Assembly: GCF_964355755.1 (NCBI RefSeq)
Contig: NC_092675.1
Coordinates: 17,022,912-17,086,911 of the forward strand
Direction: 5' to 3'
Source of the DNA: Antedon mediterranea
Taxonomy: Eukaryota; Animalia; Echinodermata
Length of the DNA: 64,000 bases
Translations under genes and position numbers: made by a program
Notes under the pieces: model-generated
Told to the model about the DNA's origin: nothing
What the model saw: only the letters and a program-made list of their open reading frames with translations
Database searches by the model: none
Shown here: positions 39,701-54,700 of the stretch, one piece after another
Layout: every line of letters begins with the position of its first letter
Position numbering within the stretch: the first letter of the stretch is position 1

Positions 39701-42700
39701 AAGCAAGGTTTATAGTCCTTTTTCAAGAACACTTGTTCTGTCTACCACCAGGTAGGAGCGAGTCGGCCTCGAACCCATACCAATATTTTTGGCTCTTTGG
39801 GTACGGTAAACGCCGCCCCCTTTCCCTTTGAGTAGTGAGTGAATTCCAAATTTCTAGTACAAAAGATTAGAAACTGTTATTAGAGCTTGAGTCCTGTAGA
39901 CTTCTACTGATGTGTATACAAACCAAATGCTTCACAGCCTTAATTGTGACATAGATAGTGGTCTATAATTGACTACAATCCATTACTGTACAGTGCTCTA
40001 ATTATTTTCCTTGCTAAAATTTAATTTAGCTTTCTCGGAGAAGGCCATATTTGGTGTGATAAGCTTAAAATGTGACTTCTTAATGGACAGAAAATTGATG
40101 AGGTGATAATGAATGATGTGTCTCTTTAAATCGTAGGCTATGATGTCAACAACAAAAAAACAGTCACTAATTTTTGTCATTTCTGAAATTATACGTTTTC
40201 CTATGTTGAGAAAAGCTAGCATAGAAAGTATTTTTTAAATTAATAGGTCATTTCATATTTTAGTAACACCACCACTACAGTACCACTTTTATTAACATGT
40301 TAAAAAAAATATTAATAATTTAAATTATGTGTGCATGAACATTATTTATAAATCGTGTAATATAATTGTTATGATACAAATACTGTATTAACAATTACCA
40401 CATTAATATTTACAGTGTATCTGAATATCTAATGGGTGATGTAGAACAACAATATAGTGCCAGCCCCATTCTTAATGCAAAGGTAAGGCTTTCTTCATTC
40501 AATTTTGTCCTTTTTTTTCTCATTATATTGTACACTCACAGAGCTATTTTATATTGGGATATAGTAGGTATACTATTTTGCTTTAAAATGTACAGTGAGT
40601 TGACTTATTTTTAATATATTAAATTGAGAGAAAAAATGTGATATTTGGGCACATGACACTTTTTTTTAGCTTGATAATGTATACAAAGCTTAACACTCTG
40701 TAGTGTTATATATTTGTGATGATATGCTTTATAATCTGAACCAATTAAAGCTTTTCCATACAGTATATGAGTTTCAGTTATGAACAAATTTTGCAAATGT
40801 GATCTGAGTGATGTACATAATTTCCAGGATTAGCTAATGGCATTATAGTGACTATTGCCAAGATTTATATAACTTAAAATAGCAATACCAATTTGTGCTT
40901 CATAGAATTTACAGTTTCCAAGAACCTGGTGAACCATTGCCAAGAAATAAAAGCAATTATTTAAATTCAACTCAAGAAATCTTTGACTTCAATTTAAAAA
41001 CGATTAATGCACATTATGTAATAATAATAATTACTATTTACAAATGTGGTTTTCGTGGAATTTTACTATAACACACACATGATAATTACTGTAGCTCTTC
41101 AAATGGGTAAATATTTACATTATTTATAGATAATTACAACTATTACTGGTATCTGATGCGAAAGTACACATTTCTGGAGGATCTATGAACAAGAATTTCT
41201 ATATTATATTTCATAAAATGCCAAATTGTATCCTGGCAATTTGATTGGTCAATGTGTCACATTTCTTAAGTTATAATTAATGGTTATACTAAACGAACAT
41301 TCAGCCTTTTTTTGTGTGTTGTATAATTTTAAGAATTTTCTACCATGTTTAGGTTGTGGATTGTGCAAAAATCAACCTATAGTATCTATAACTGTTTTAC
41401 TGTATGCTTTGCATCCAAAATATTTTTTATCTTTTATCTTTTTTCTGAATAATAGTCTAAAAGTCCAATAAAAATGGTTAAAATACTATACGGTTCATAA
41501 TTTGTGTGATGGGTGGAGATATCCATATGAATTGTAATCAGTTATTGTATTTCAACCCCTTAAATTGTAATTAGCAAAGAGTTACAGTATATGTACTTTG
41601 TAAACAGTCATTAATAGCAGCTGTTATGATGTTCCGCGCACTACCACCATTTATCATTTTATTTCATGCATTATCTTCGTATTTGCTAATAATATTATTC
41701 ATTCCGACATGTGTTTGTTTTTATTTAATACCTAAAATATAATACAAAAATGCAGAGAAAAAAATCATTAAATCATTTCTAATAATATATCGGAAAAACC
41801 CTTTCAATACTAAAGTGGGGTTGTGGCATATGTTTAATATTAATAATTAATATTATACTGATTTTCATCAAATTTAGAAATCATTTTAATCTAGTCTGGA
41901 TAAACTTTGTAAACTTAGTTATTTCAGACATTTGCTTTTTTTTTTCTTTTCAAGATAGTTAATACTTTGATTGTTATTCCAATCATTTTTTTCATTATAC
42001 TATTATTAGTGTATTCTTTACTTATAACAAGTGTATTTGGAACAACTCCGATAGTCGCTCATCTGCAATATGCTTTTGTACAAACATATAGACTCTTTAT
42101 ATGAAATTACTCCATATTGCATTACCGACTGAATAATTATTTTCGTACAATAGTACATTTACACGTTGTGTTTATCAGTTGTACTCTCCATACGGGATTC
42201 TCGTCTTTAGTATGCACTTAACTACTCACAGACAGTCACATGTTTCAGTTTAGAACCAATAACAAAGTCGATCTAGCCGGTGCTTGCTAAAAATGGATTT
42301 TAAACAATTATTTATTGTTTATAAATTCACAGGCATACAGAAACTCTACACACCACAGACACAGACAAAATTCTAAACTTGGTCATGTTTTGTCCTACTC
42401 TGACATAATTTGTACTTTAAAGTACATTTGAGAATACTTGCGAAAAAATTCGCAAGTAGTTCTCGGGTGGGACTCGAACCCTGTGTATAAATGGTGTGAT
42501 CTTCCAATTCCAGCTTTCAGAACATGAACAAAAAATAGATTACATGAAATACTGTAGTAGTTATTGCACAAAAATGTATTATTAAAATGAGTATACAAGT
42601 CAATATTTGTATTTACAATTGAATTAAGATTTTCACATTGATTATTCATTTTATTGGACTATATAAAGTTTTCATTTTTGAATAACAATTTTTAATTGTC

Positions 42701-45700
42701 AGTCTAATCATTATTGTTGTTTGTTTTATGCTTAAATACTGTAGCAATATCCTCATGGATATATTTTGGGGTCAAAACTATTATTGTATGCATTACATCG
42801 TACTTGCTGACAATAATCAGCATTAATCAGCAATTATAAATTATAACTATTGCTGGTATTTATGCTTATTAATATTCTGTACTTTATTTTACACTGTTAA
42901 CAAGTTTCAAACGGATATTTTTTATTGATATAGATCTTCTGATGTTTGCTTATTGTAAAAAATTATTATTATTATATTAACATACATATGATAGTTGACT
43001 CTTAGGACTATATCCTCCTTTGCTGCATCCTGAGCAGTGTCTACCATATCTATTCTGAAAAAAAAAAAAAAAAACAATCCCTATTAGTAAACTGTTCATT
43101 TTCACATAGGACCAACATTTTAACCTCCCATCTGAAGGATTAATCATTGTCCCCCTGAAAAAATTGTTTAAAAAAATGTTTTTGTTGAATATGCCATTTT
43201 AATGTCACAGTTATTCACTTACATCTGACAAAACAATTATTTATGTGAAAAAAACTGTAATTTAGAGCAAAAAGTAGTCAAATTGATGGGAAGTTAATGG
43301 GGTTTTCGTTGAATTCAACTGTTTATTCGTCTTTTTATAAGTGAAAACATTTTTTTTTTCTAGGAAGTGATTAACTTTTATTAAAATAGCAAAATGTTCT
43401 ATTCAAATTCTGATTTTCTTAATTTTAATTTTTTATGTTTTTGGGAGACAATACATATTTAAAAGTATTAAGTTGTGACTTTTGTTAAAATGCTTGACTA
43501 ACATTATTTTTCTGTTCATTTTGTAGTCATATGATACTATAATATCAGGATTGAATAATAACACTGAATCAGGTCTAGGGCCACATAGTCACCTTGATGT
43601 CACAGAAGGCCGTGGTAAGCTTCCTATTATAGTTTGACAAAGAAAAACAATAAGAAAAAATTCGGTTTTAAGAAATAAGAATGCATATTGTATATTATTA
43701 ATACTGTATATGCCTTCTAAAGTACATATAATAAAATATGTTTTTGTTTGAAAATAGAGGATAACTCTCAGGATGGAAAATGAAATAAGTTGGTAGGAGG
43801 CTTGAAAGGAATGCCATGTCCCAGTTTACCACACCAGGTGGTGAAAGGGGACCTCTTCTACTTCCAGTGTAATTAATATTGCGACTAAAATTTCCTAGGT
43901 TTGGTTTCCTTTACTCGACAAGTTCTGTTCCATATGACAGATTTTGAAAGTTGTAGAGTTTAAGGTGATATACCCTTTTTTTAATGGGGAATTAACATAT
44001 GCATTTAAATCACCCACAGGTAGAAAAAAATAGGTAACTGAAAAATGACAACCGTGAGGTGATATTGATTCATGTTGTCTACAATTGAATCTTGTTTATC
44101 TATTTTACGTACAAAAAAAAACACATTAGAAACATTAAAATTGCATAACTCTTCCAATTACACTCTTGGGCAGGCCTAATATGCTCGGTTTTCTGGAAAG
44201 TCTTGTATTCAGAATGTGTGTGGACATTTTGGACCTCAAGAAAAGTCTGGTTTTTAGAGAGTTTCCAGTTTTCCAGAGTCCGGTATTGAAAGAGTTGAAT
44301 GTATAATATATCCATATATACATTTTTCAGACATAGAAAGCCGCTTCCTATTCAAGTCTTAACAAGCATATTTAGTTTTAAATATAATGGTTTTGGATTT
44401 CTAAGAGCCTTTTTCATGTAGCATACATTATATGACTCTTCATATTGTAAATGAATTACTGCAGTGATACTATTATGAAATTAATATTCATAAACAATTC
44501 TCTGAGGTCATGTAATCGCTATCTCATATGGTTATAATTAATAATGAAAGACATTTTTGGCAAAACAAAATTAGCTTATCACCTATTTAGTTATAATCTG
44601 ATTGGTTACATCAGGGAGCTAATAACAACTCCCTGGTTACATTATCAATTGTACAAACCGACATAAAATCAAGTCCGACTTCACTTAGCCGAACTACAAA
44701 CTTTGACTCCTTTTATCAATTGATTTTCATGTTAAATTAGATTTTGGGTTGTCGATCGAACTATGACTAATGTTAATTTAGTTGATATCTTATGATTAAA
44801 AACAGACTGTTCATTAATTAATGTTTTAAAGCCTATTTTTATGTTTTTTCCATAGCATTTGCAGTTAGTTCTGTTTGCAAAGAGGAGTTGGAAAAAACAT
44901 TATTTGAGGTAGACCAAGGAGTAGAAATAGCTCTAGACAGGGCTAAGGTCTGGTCAAAATATGCTAAAGACATCATCAACTTTGTTGAGAAGAGAATGCA
45001 TTATCGTAAGTCTACATCTTTATATTATCACCATATGTATTATCACCAGTCAAGTTTGGTCCTATATACACAAACATGTATTTTGCAAACAAATTATGTC
45101 TACATACCATTTTTGTCTTCCTGAATCAGGGGAGGAATACAATTTAAAGGACAACGTCTATAAAGCTGTAGGCAGGGGTTCGAAGAGTTTGAACTTTGAA
45201 CTTTATATACTAAAAACAGGCAGTGGATGTAATGATAAATAAGCTTGCTGTATAGCTCAGGACACATTTCTGCCCATCCTACTTAGCCGGCAGGCAAATT
45301 ACAATCTTTTTTAAAATGAATTTATTTTTCCCCACCATTTCCAGTGTATTTTCAATTGATATTTAACCTTTTTCTGCCAAGACAATCACAGATAAATAAA
45401 CACACTCCTTCTAAACCTCTTCCCTTCCCTGTATCAATCCTGACACAGGCTTGTGTTGTATTCTAGCATCTTATCATTTTACTGATACAATACATGAGTA
45501 TTCATCATTGTATGTGACTCAGCACCAAGGTCATTGTTGAGGGGTTTCTTGTAGATTTCTCGAGTACATTTGCAAGAAACAGGCAATTAAAAAGACAGAA
45601 CCAATATGCAATACCTATATTATAATAGTACTGAAGCTGACATCCATATTTTGTTGTTTCTATCTGTGCCAACACTTTCAATATTTCTGTAAAAAACCTT

Positions 45701-48700
45701 CTAATTCTCCCTAACCTTTAGTCTACAGTATGTTAGAATGGTGATTTCATAGTGTTTTTTAGACTTCTTCCTTCAACTTAGCAATTCCCATCTTTACATG
45801 TTACACAGTAGGTCTCAAAGACACTTGTGTATTATTTCAATTTATTTTTCAGAAATGGAATATACAAAGAATTTAGCGAAATTAGCAATGACAACAAAAC
45901 CGATACTAAAGCAAGGAAGATTTTTAGCTTTTCAGACAGCTTTCATTTGCAGCCTTGATCAGGTACGTGTGCATAAAATGTAAACTGTGCAGGTGTATGG
46001 AAGACTGTCTTAACCACTTGACTTTAGCCACTCCTACCTATTTCTAATAACAACCCAGAATATGTCACAAGTAGACGTCAACCCCAATGGGACCAATGTC
46101 GTGGTTCATTTTTATAAATATTAACTGGATAGAGGGACAAATCAATTCAATTCAACTTTATTTAACCATGGAGGCTCAGATCAATACATATACAGTATAA
46201 GCAAGTTGCAGAAATCGCCATCCCAGCATCTAAACATGCGGATATAGCTAGCTTTGTGTGACACAGTACTTGTCAACAAACCACCGCCTCCATATTTAAT
46301 TAACACATGCACCCTCTATAAAAGAAGACTATGTCGGAGCAGTGGTTAGAAATAAATCAACTACTATAAATACCAATCACATTTCAATATGTGGTAATAA
46401 CTTTGCTTCACCTTTGACCTTCTTTTCAGGATGTTGAATATGCCACTAACTGTGAAGCAACTTGTAATCAGATTTCTGGACATAAATTTGTTGAGGTTTG
46501 TAATAATCCATTCTGGATGAAAATGTTATTTAAATGTCCATCAAATAATCAGAGGATTTTCAGGAGACATTTTTTTCATTAGCATGGAGAGTTGATTTGA
46601 TAGTGATTAGCACTCATGGAAATACTCAGGGTGCTGCCATGTGTATAATGTTGTAGATTGAATTTTGTACCTGAATAAAATAAAATGTAAAAACAAAATT
46701 ATATCTATAAGCAAAAACAATGCTGTTATGTAGTCCTGGCTTAATTGTTGACTTGTGATCAAATTAGAAATAACATTATTGGATAATTACTTTAACAACA
46801 GGAATATGCCATAGGATTATAATATGTTTTATTTCTTAGAAAATCTAAATGTCTCTAATATTTAACCTTTTTGAATGTCTGTTTATATAATGATTTACTG
46901 ATTGTTGCATGTAGATTATTTAACATTTTCTAGTCTGATTCCATTATAAAATGTTTTGTGTTCACATGTCAGTAATGCTTTTTTTTCGTATAGCAACTGG
47001 AACAAAGAAAATTAGAACATGATAAAAGAAGAAAAGAAGTTAGAATAAGATGGCACAAGATGAAGAAAGAAATGGTATAAAGTGTTTATCAGAATATTAT
47101 AAAATAAATATTTAAATCACAGAGGTGCAACATATTTAACACTGACAGTGTTTTTGCATCAGCCAAAGATGATACTCTATTTTATCTCATGTTGTATCAC
47201 CCTCTAGTGTTTGGCAGGTAGTGTAGGAACCATTATTGTTTCCATGGAAATGAAAACAAAAATGAGACAGAAACAGAGGGGAATGCATTGAACATGTTAA
47301 TTTTACATTGACTGCCCATCTGAATATTGTTGTAATTCATCTTTATATTGTTTCATAAATGGGATTTCAACTTTCTACCATTTTCATGTTTATACTGTAT
47401 TAAATGCTGTTTTCAAACTGTGGGTATTAGACTTTATGACTCCTATTTGCTATTCTGTGATGTTTGTAATCTTGACGCCGTTTATAACCATACATAAAAT
47501 GGCAGCAATATCGGCATGGGTTTGGGGACGACTTGCTTCTGGTGGCGCAACAAGTTTTCTTGGATTAAAGGACTGTAAACTGTAGGTTCAGTGTACACAG
47601 TTTACCTGTGTGCACTTTAAAGAAGCCAATTCTTCATTGGTTGCTCCGGTGAACTTGTCACAAAATAGTCTCCTATTTAATTTGACAGTGTTTAATTTAT
47701 TCTTGGTTATCCTTGGCCACATGTGCCTAAAGACATCAAATAAAATAAACACTGCCTAATTTCTTCATTTATTTTTCATTCATAGAATGATTGCAAGTCA
47801 AATGTTGAGAAATCTAAACAACAATACCATACTCGTCACTTGGAATATGAGAAGGCGAGGGAAACAACTCAGCGAGTAGAATCAGACGCTTTGAACTTAA
47901 GCGGTGGGGTGACAAATTCAAAAGTGGAAAAGAGAAGAAAATTAGAAGATGAAGCGCAACTCAGAATGAAGGAAGCAGAAACTACACATAAAGGCTGTAT
48001 TGCAGAGGCTAATCGTAAACAACAGGACATGTCTAATTTAAAGGTATAAAATACAGAAATATACACAAACCTACTTGAGACAGGTTTTTTATTGGAAAAA
48101 ATGAAAAATATATTATAATAAAATAAATAGATTATATAGATTTGGATAATACATTTCACAATTTTTTTAGTTTTTGACAATATTTTTGTATTTATTTTTA
48201 TAGAAAGAATTAATTATTGATCTTCGAGAATCTTTGGACCACTGTGATCAAACAATGAAAGCTGTAAGTTTACATAAGGCCAAATAAAAAAACATACTTG
48301 TTAAGCGTCACCGCCCGCTCCTGATTATCCAGCCGCCTCTCTTTTTATTTTTATTTTTTTTTTACCCATATACAACAGAAAGTTTAGCGGCCCGGCCCAG
48401 CTCCAGAGCAGGGCTCAAAATTCACGCTAGCAAACTAGCATTTTGCTAGTAGATTCTTTATAATTGCTAGTTGAAAATTTCAAAACTAGCAAATGTTTGC
48501 TAGGCTGGTGTAATTTTTGAAAAATACGTACTTCTTAGCTTAGCCACGCTAGCTAGCCACCGATCGCTCTATGTCGACAACGGCAATTTGGTGAAAACAA
48601 TTGTTTCATTTACACGCCGCCGATTTACGTCAAGGAAACGCGAATAGCACCGCGAATCATGTGTGGTAAACAGCAAGCTTTTTCCCCAACACATTAAATC

Positions 48701-51700
48701 ACGTGCATTTACAGTAGTACGTCGCTGAGGATTACATCATCAGTCACGTGATAGAATACACGATTATCAATTTAGGGATTACTGAAATAAATATTTTGCC
48801 TACACAGTGGTCGAAACGCGTTTTTTATAGGTTCGTAAATAGGAAACACCCCATACATAATAGACTCTACCAATTTTGTTTACGATGATCTCGCGCTCGA
48901 GATCGGCACACCACAAGGGTCCTGTTGGGCGATGGGCCCGGCGATGCGTTTTCTTATGCCTGGTTTACCTGTGGAATAATTACACACACTTTTCGCATCA
49001 CAACTTTAAATACTGATTTACACAGCAATTGGCAACGGATTCATCAAAGAAGAATGAATACGTTGAATAAAAATTCACTTAAGAAATGCCGTAAGCTGTT
49101 TTCAAAATCAGCCCACTATAATTTAGTATTATTGAGACCAACATCATGCTTCTCGCGATAGGGAATTTCCTGGATAGATGAGTCGAGCGAGAGACGGCGG
49201 ACCATGGCCGCCGATGAGTGAGGCGGGGGTGGCAGCTTGGACGGATTAGCCTAGGGCCTACAATTTCGCTCGGTGGCAATTAAATTTAATGTTTTAATTA
49301 CGTCTGGATATAAACAATACAAAACTCAATTTTGTCATCGGCAATAATATTTCATACATAGTCAATTTTGTTCTGTTTCGCATTTTAAAAGTTTGACGTT
49401 TCGTCCTAAAAAAAAGTGGGCCAAAACGTCCATCGCGCAAAATTATACCTCCATAAAAAGTATAAAAAAAAAACCGTCCCCCCGCCCCTGAAAATTTATG
49501 AGGGTGTGACGCTTAACAAGTATTTTTTTTTATTTGGCCTAATGTTTTTTCACATATTTTTATTTTTATGCTAAGATGTATCTTTAGCATTGGTATAATG
49601 TAAAGCCCAACATTTTCGGGTGCCCTTTATTTTTTGCGATTGAACAACGATTGTAGCAAACGGCAAAAATACCATCGGCATGCTCTCCACCACCACAGAG
49701 ATCCATTTGGCTGGCCGCCGGTGTTGCGTCCGTTCGTTGTTTTGTAGAAACAACAATAATTTGGTAGAGTACATTAATTATGAGGGTTTTCAATATCTAA
49801 GAGCCTATTAAACATGTGCATCACCCACTGTGTAGCAAAAACATTTATTTATTAACATCCCTAAATTTACAATTGCATATTTTGTAATTTTACTCGATGC
49901 TGTTCAACATTCATCGTGGAGGCAAAATACATTCTCCAATTTGGTTCAACACATTACACAAGAAACTCAAATCACAAAAATAAAGAAGGTCGCGAAATAG
50001 TTAAATATGTAAAATCGCGAACATTTAGGGCTGCCAAGTGAAATATATCAAATGACTTTGCCTATTGTATCATGGCAAATTTACAGTGTAACAATTGACA
50101 ATTTTTTTTTACCATATCTTTAACTGAAAAAATAATTCACATTATACATTAGTGATGTGACAGTGTATTATAGGACTTTCCTAAAGATACTAAACAAATT
50201 AAAATACAGTACTGTATTGAGAATCATGTACTGTATATTGGATTTTTATATACTAACAATCTTTTTGTTTTCATAGGTAACCGCAAATTACTTCCAACTC
50301 CAGTATACCCTCTCTGCTCCTTCACCTGTCCAGGTAAATTTGAATGCGTTTAATACATTTATATATTTTCAGATTTTCATAATGTAACATAATAGTTATT
50401 CACTTTTTGTAATTTAAAGCAAAAAATAGTCAGACTTTCTGCCAGACATTGGTTTTTGGTTAAATTTAACCATTTATTTTGTCTTTTTAGAAGTGAAAGT
50501 ATGATTTCTTTTTGATTTTTTTTTCTACAGTAGTAAATAACTTTCATAAAGTTGCAAAATGATTTTATTAATCTTAATTTTTCATGTTTTTGGGGAACAC
50601 TACCTCTTTAAATCATGCAACTAGCGATTATCAAATTGTTTAATAAACAAAATGATACTAATACAGATTTCAATGACCAATCTAGAGTAATGTTAGACAT
50701 TTGAATAACTAATAAATCAATCTTGGATTAGAAACTGAAAAGTTGTATGTTATTGTTATTAAAACATTTAATTTATGTTTTAATCCTTAATACTACATGT
50801 GATTTATGTTTATAGTTTGATAGTTTATGCGAGTCCACAAAAACATATGAGCCAGGTTTTCAGTTTAGTGAGTATGTACGACAATATAAAGAGCCTTCCT
50901 CATCAACTAGTACACCAACGGAACACCGAGATCCTTTTGTATTTGAACCTTACACGAAAAGGTGTGTGAATTTACCATAATGCATTTAATGCTTTTAATT
51001 TTTTGCGACCATTGCAAATTCTCAATTATGTTTATTTTTAATAAGGAAATTGCTTATCAATGGATTTCGCTTAGGCCAGTTGTTTGCTTATGCCCACTAC
51101 TCTATTCTCTATGTTAGATGTTACTTAAAATACCAATATGAAAAATGTAATTAAAGAATTAAATTAAGTTAAATTAATTTTAAGATGACCTTTTTTATAT
51201 ACATTACATAATACTTTAATGAAATTTCTCTTTTTGGTTTTTAGTTATCCAAATAAGCAACGTAAACATAGCAGTCAATCAATAGAGGGCGATAGGCCTC
51301 CAGTATCAGGCTGGTATCTGGGTAAAGGTATGTACACTGCTATCCATAATTGTTCCACAACAAATTAGAAACAATCTACTTATTATAAGTAACTTAATAT
51401 TATTGTCTTTGAGTCACAACAATGATATGCACACATTTTTACACATAATATTGCGATTGTTTTGTAGACAAGCACCACATAGCATTAAATGAAGCCTGGG
51501 CACCATCAGTGGTAGTTGAAGATCCTAACAGCACTAGTGGCAGTTCCAATCACGAAAGTTCACCGTCTGCTAGTCCTAGAAACTCCAGGCCATTAAAAAA
51601 GGCAATAGGGCAAAGTGCATTGTCATCAGAGGATGAGCTGGATGATCCATCAGAGCCAGAAATCAGTATGTTGTCTTTTTAACTAAAGCTCTGTCTACAC

Positions 51701-54700
51701 TATCAAACTAGTTTGACAAATAAAGTGTGATGTGCCCAAATATGGTAGTGATATGATGTCATCGTGTCCATATGACATTTGTTTGTCACATAATGTTTGA
51801 TAGTGTAGACAGAGATTAATACTAACTTTAAAAAAATGCATACTCTACTGGTGTGTACAGCCCCTATTTTAGATTCCATGACCACACCCTAATTAAATTG
51901 AAGCAATTTGGCTTAGCTATTTACCTTGGTAAGTTATCGCTTGCTTGGTGCGTAGGAACTAATAATTACCCAGGTAAATAAGCTAACTCTGAACAAGCCC
52001 ATTGAAACACATACTGAGATTAACACAATCCTAACTACTTATTAATGGTAATGTTGTCAAATTTATGTAGCTCTTTTAAATTACAATCAACAGATGGTCC
52101 CAAAGCACTTAAAAATAAAGATTGGAGAAAAACAGATTAAAATTACAAAGAACAAAAAATTTATAAAGCTTAACAATCCTCTAATAGCAATTTAATAGAT
52201 TTAAAGAAAATAAATAATACTTAATTATTGCTATACTTTTATGTTAATTTAAGGGTCGCCAAATATGTTGCCAGCTTCATTCAAGAACATTACACTATCA
52301 AAAGCAGCATTAACGCATAACATACGCAAACTACTTGGTCCTTCAAAGTGTCGTGAGTGTGATGGCTATCTGTATTTTAATGGGGCAGAATGCGCTGATT
52401 GCGGGCTAGCATGCCATCGAAAGTGCCTTGAGATTTTAGCTATACAATGCGGCAAGAAACGGATACCAGGAAGAATGAACGTGTTTGGTGTTCCTTTGCA
52501 AGAACACTTGAAATTAACCAATAGAGATGTTCCGTTTATTCTTACTAAATGTATCTCGGCCATGGAAGAAAAATACATGGATATCAAGGTAGGGAAATGG
52601 TGATTGTTTTAAAAATTAGTTTTAAATGTTTTATGTGTACTAATTTCTTTGTTTATTTCTTATGTAACATAATTGCAAAATATATTTAGTTAGTTCAGTC
52701 CCTAAAAGTGCCCTAATGTCAACGTGGAACTCAACTCAACTGTGTCTACATGAGCACTCTTCGCAACTGAACAGGCACACAAAAAATGTCAACTTTCAGT
52801 TGCCTATATTCTACTTTTTCCGGAACTGAAAGGAACTTAGCACTTAAAATCGAGTCACGCATGCAGTATGTTGAATCGCGACCAGTAGAGATCAGTTTGA
52901 TTTTATCCAAAAAGTCCTCACAAATACTGGTTCCTCTATACAACTATGAATCGCGCTGTGGTTTAAAGGTCACAAAGTTGAATAAATATATCCCAATATA
53001 GGAATTTGATATAATACATACAAATACATATAATGCACTGTCTGTTTGTAAAGTTTGTATACATTTATTTCAGGGTATTTACAGATGTCCAGGTTTGAAA
53101 CTGAAAGTTGAGAAGTTATGTCAAACATTTGAGAATGGTGGCGATCTAGTGGACTTATCAGAAACCTCGCCCCATCTCATCTCTAACGTTCTTAAACACT
53201 ACCTAAGACAAGTCAGTATAATTATAGCTAACTATTTGTATAATAATAGTATTGCTAAAAATTAAATTTAATTAGAGTTATAAATATATATGTTATATAC
53301 TCCTGTGGGACACCCCTATTAATTGGAAACTTTCATGTGAAACAAAAAAGAGGTAATACGTGTTTTAATACTATAGGACAACCCCATTCACTTGGTCGCA
53401 AAGGTGTCCCCTTAATAGTGGTTCTTCTGTATGTTAATTATTTTAGAATTGTAATGTATTGTACATCATTGCTTTGGTTACATTCACTTATAGACTGTTA
53501 TACTAAGTGTAGTTTTATTTTTATTATTGTAATATTGTTATGTACTAGAACACAGTCATAGTATTTTATCCTTTGTATTATATAATAAAACACATTTTTT
53601 TAAAATCAAAATAGCAGTTTATGACAGTTTGTTTGGAAATGATGTGTTAAACCTTAATATTAATTTATTATTTATTTGATTTCATTGCAGCTTCCAGAGC
53701 CTTTACTGACTTCTAAATTTTACCCACAATTCCACACGTTAGCAAGAGAAAGTCGTGAGTTAAAATTACCATTAGATGATCCAAAGTCTGTGAATAAGTT
53801 AAAGGATATAATTCACCAACTTCCACTTGCTAACTACCTATCTCTCAAGGAGTTGTTTTTACATCTAAAAAGGTAATTTTACTTAACTATTTAATGAGAT
53901 TAAACTACAGTATGAGATTAATTGTGGAGCTTAGAGAAATGTTATACATTGAGAAAGAATAATTCCAATTTGTTTATATATTTTATATTTTGCAGAGTAA
54001 CTCTCCATGAAAAGCGTAATGGTATGACAGCTAGTAATCTAGGAATTGTATTTGGACCTAATTTAATTAAAGAGTAAGTAAACACTGGCCATATGTTGGA
54101 ATGCCTGGCCCATTCATATAACTGGCATGGGATGTATGTTTGCCTTTAACGTGTAGGCATGAGGGAATTTCAGTTTTGTTCACTTGTCCCAGGACAAGTA
54201 AGTTTTACTTGTCCACATTATATTACGCAATACATTAAAAAAAACATAGTTGATTTCGATTTCTTTATTTAAAAACTATTAAAACTATTTGTTGGACTCG
54301 GCTTCCGGATCGTAAGTAGGTCATTGTTCTCTGAACCAGGGAGGTCCCTGTCCGAGCCTACTAAGTATTGTTAGTAACCCTTGAACGATGTATTGTTATA
54401 ATTATCTATTATCGATCGTAGGGTTAGATATATCCCATGTTTAAGATTTTACATAGGCCTTTAAAATTATTATATATACAGTATAATTAAATTTACTACT
54501 AAAGCATGTTAATATTAAACATGCACATCATTTTATATCATAAAACCTTATCCCCTGCCTGGTGATACCGGGCACCTACCATGTGATACCGAACCCTACC
54601 TGGCGATACGGGCCCTACCTGCTGATACTGAGGCCCCTACCTGGCGTAGATTAATATGACCCAGGGCTAGGGTCTAGTGATTATTCCTACAGTTTCTGGA

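Noticed and set aside
42455-42482. tRNA gene
   Set aside because: Only a B-box/T-loop-like motif; no cloverleaf, so treated as a SINE fragment.
48925-49279. ORFs inside the Harbinger-like element as a transposase
   Set aside because: Short, with no DDE or Myb/SANT motif recognisable.
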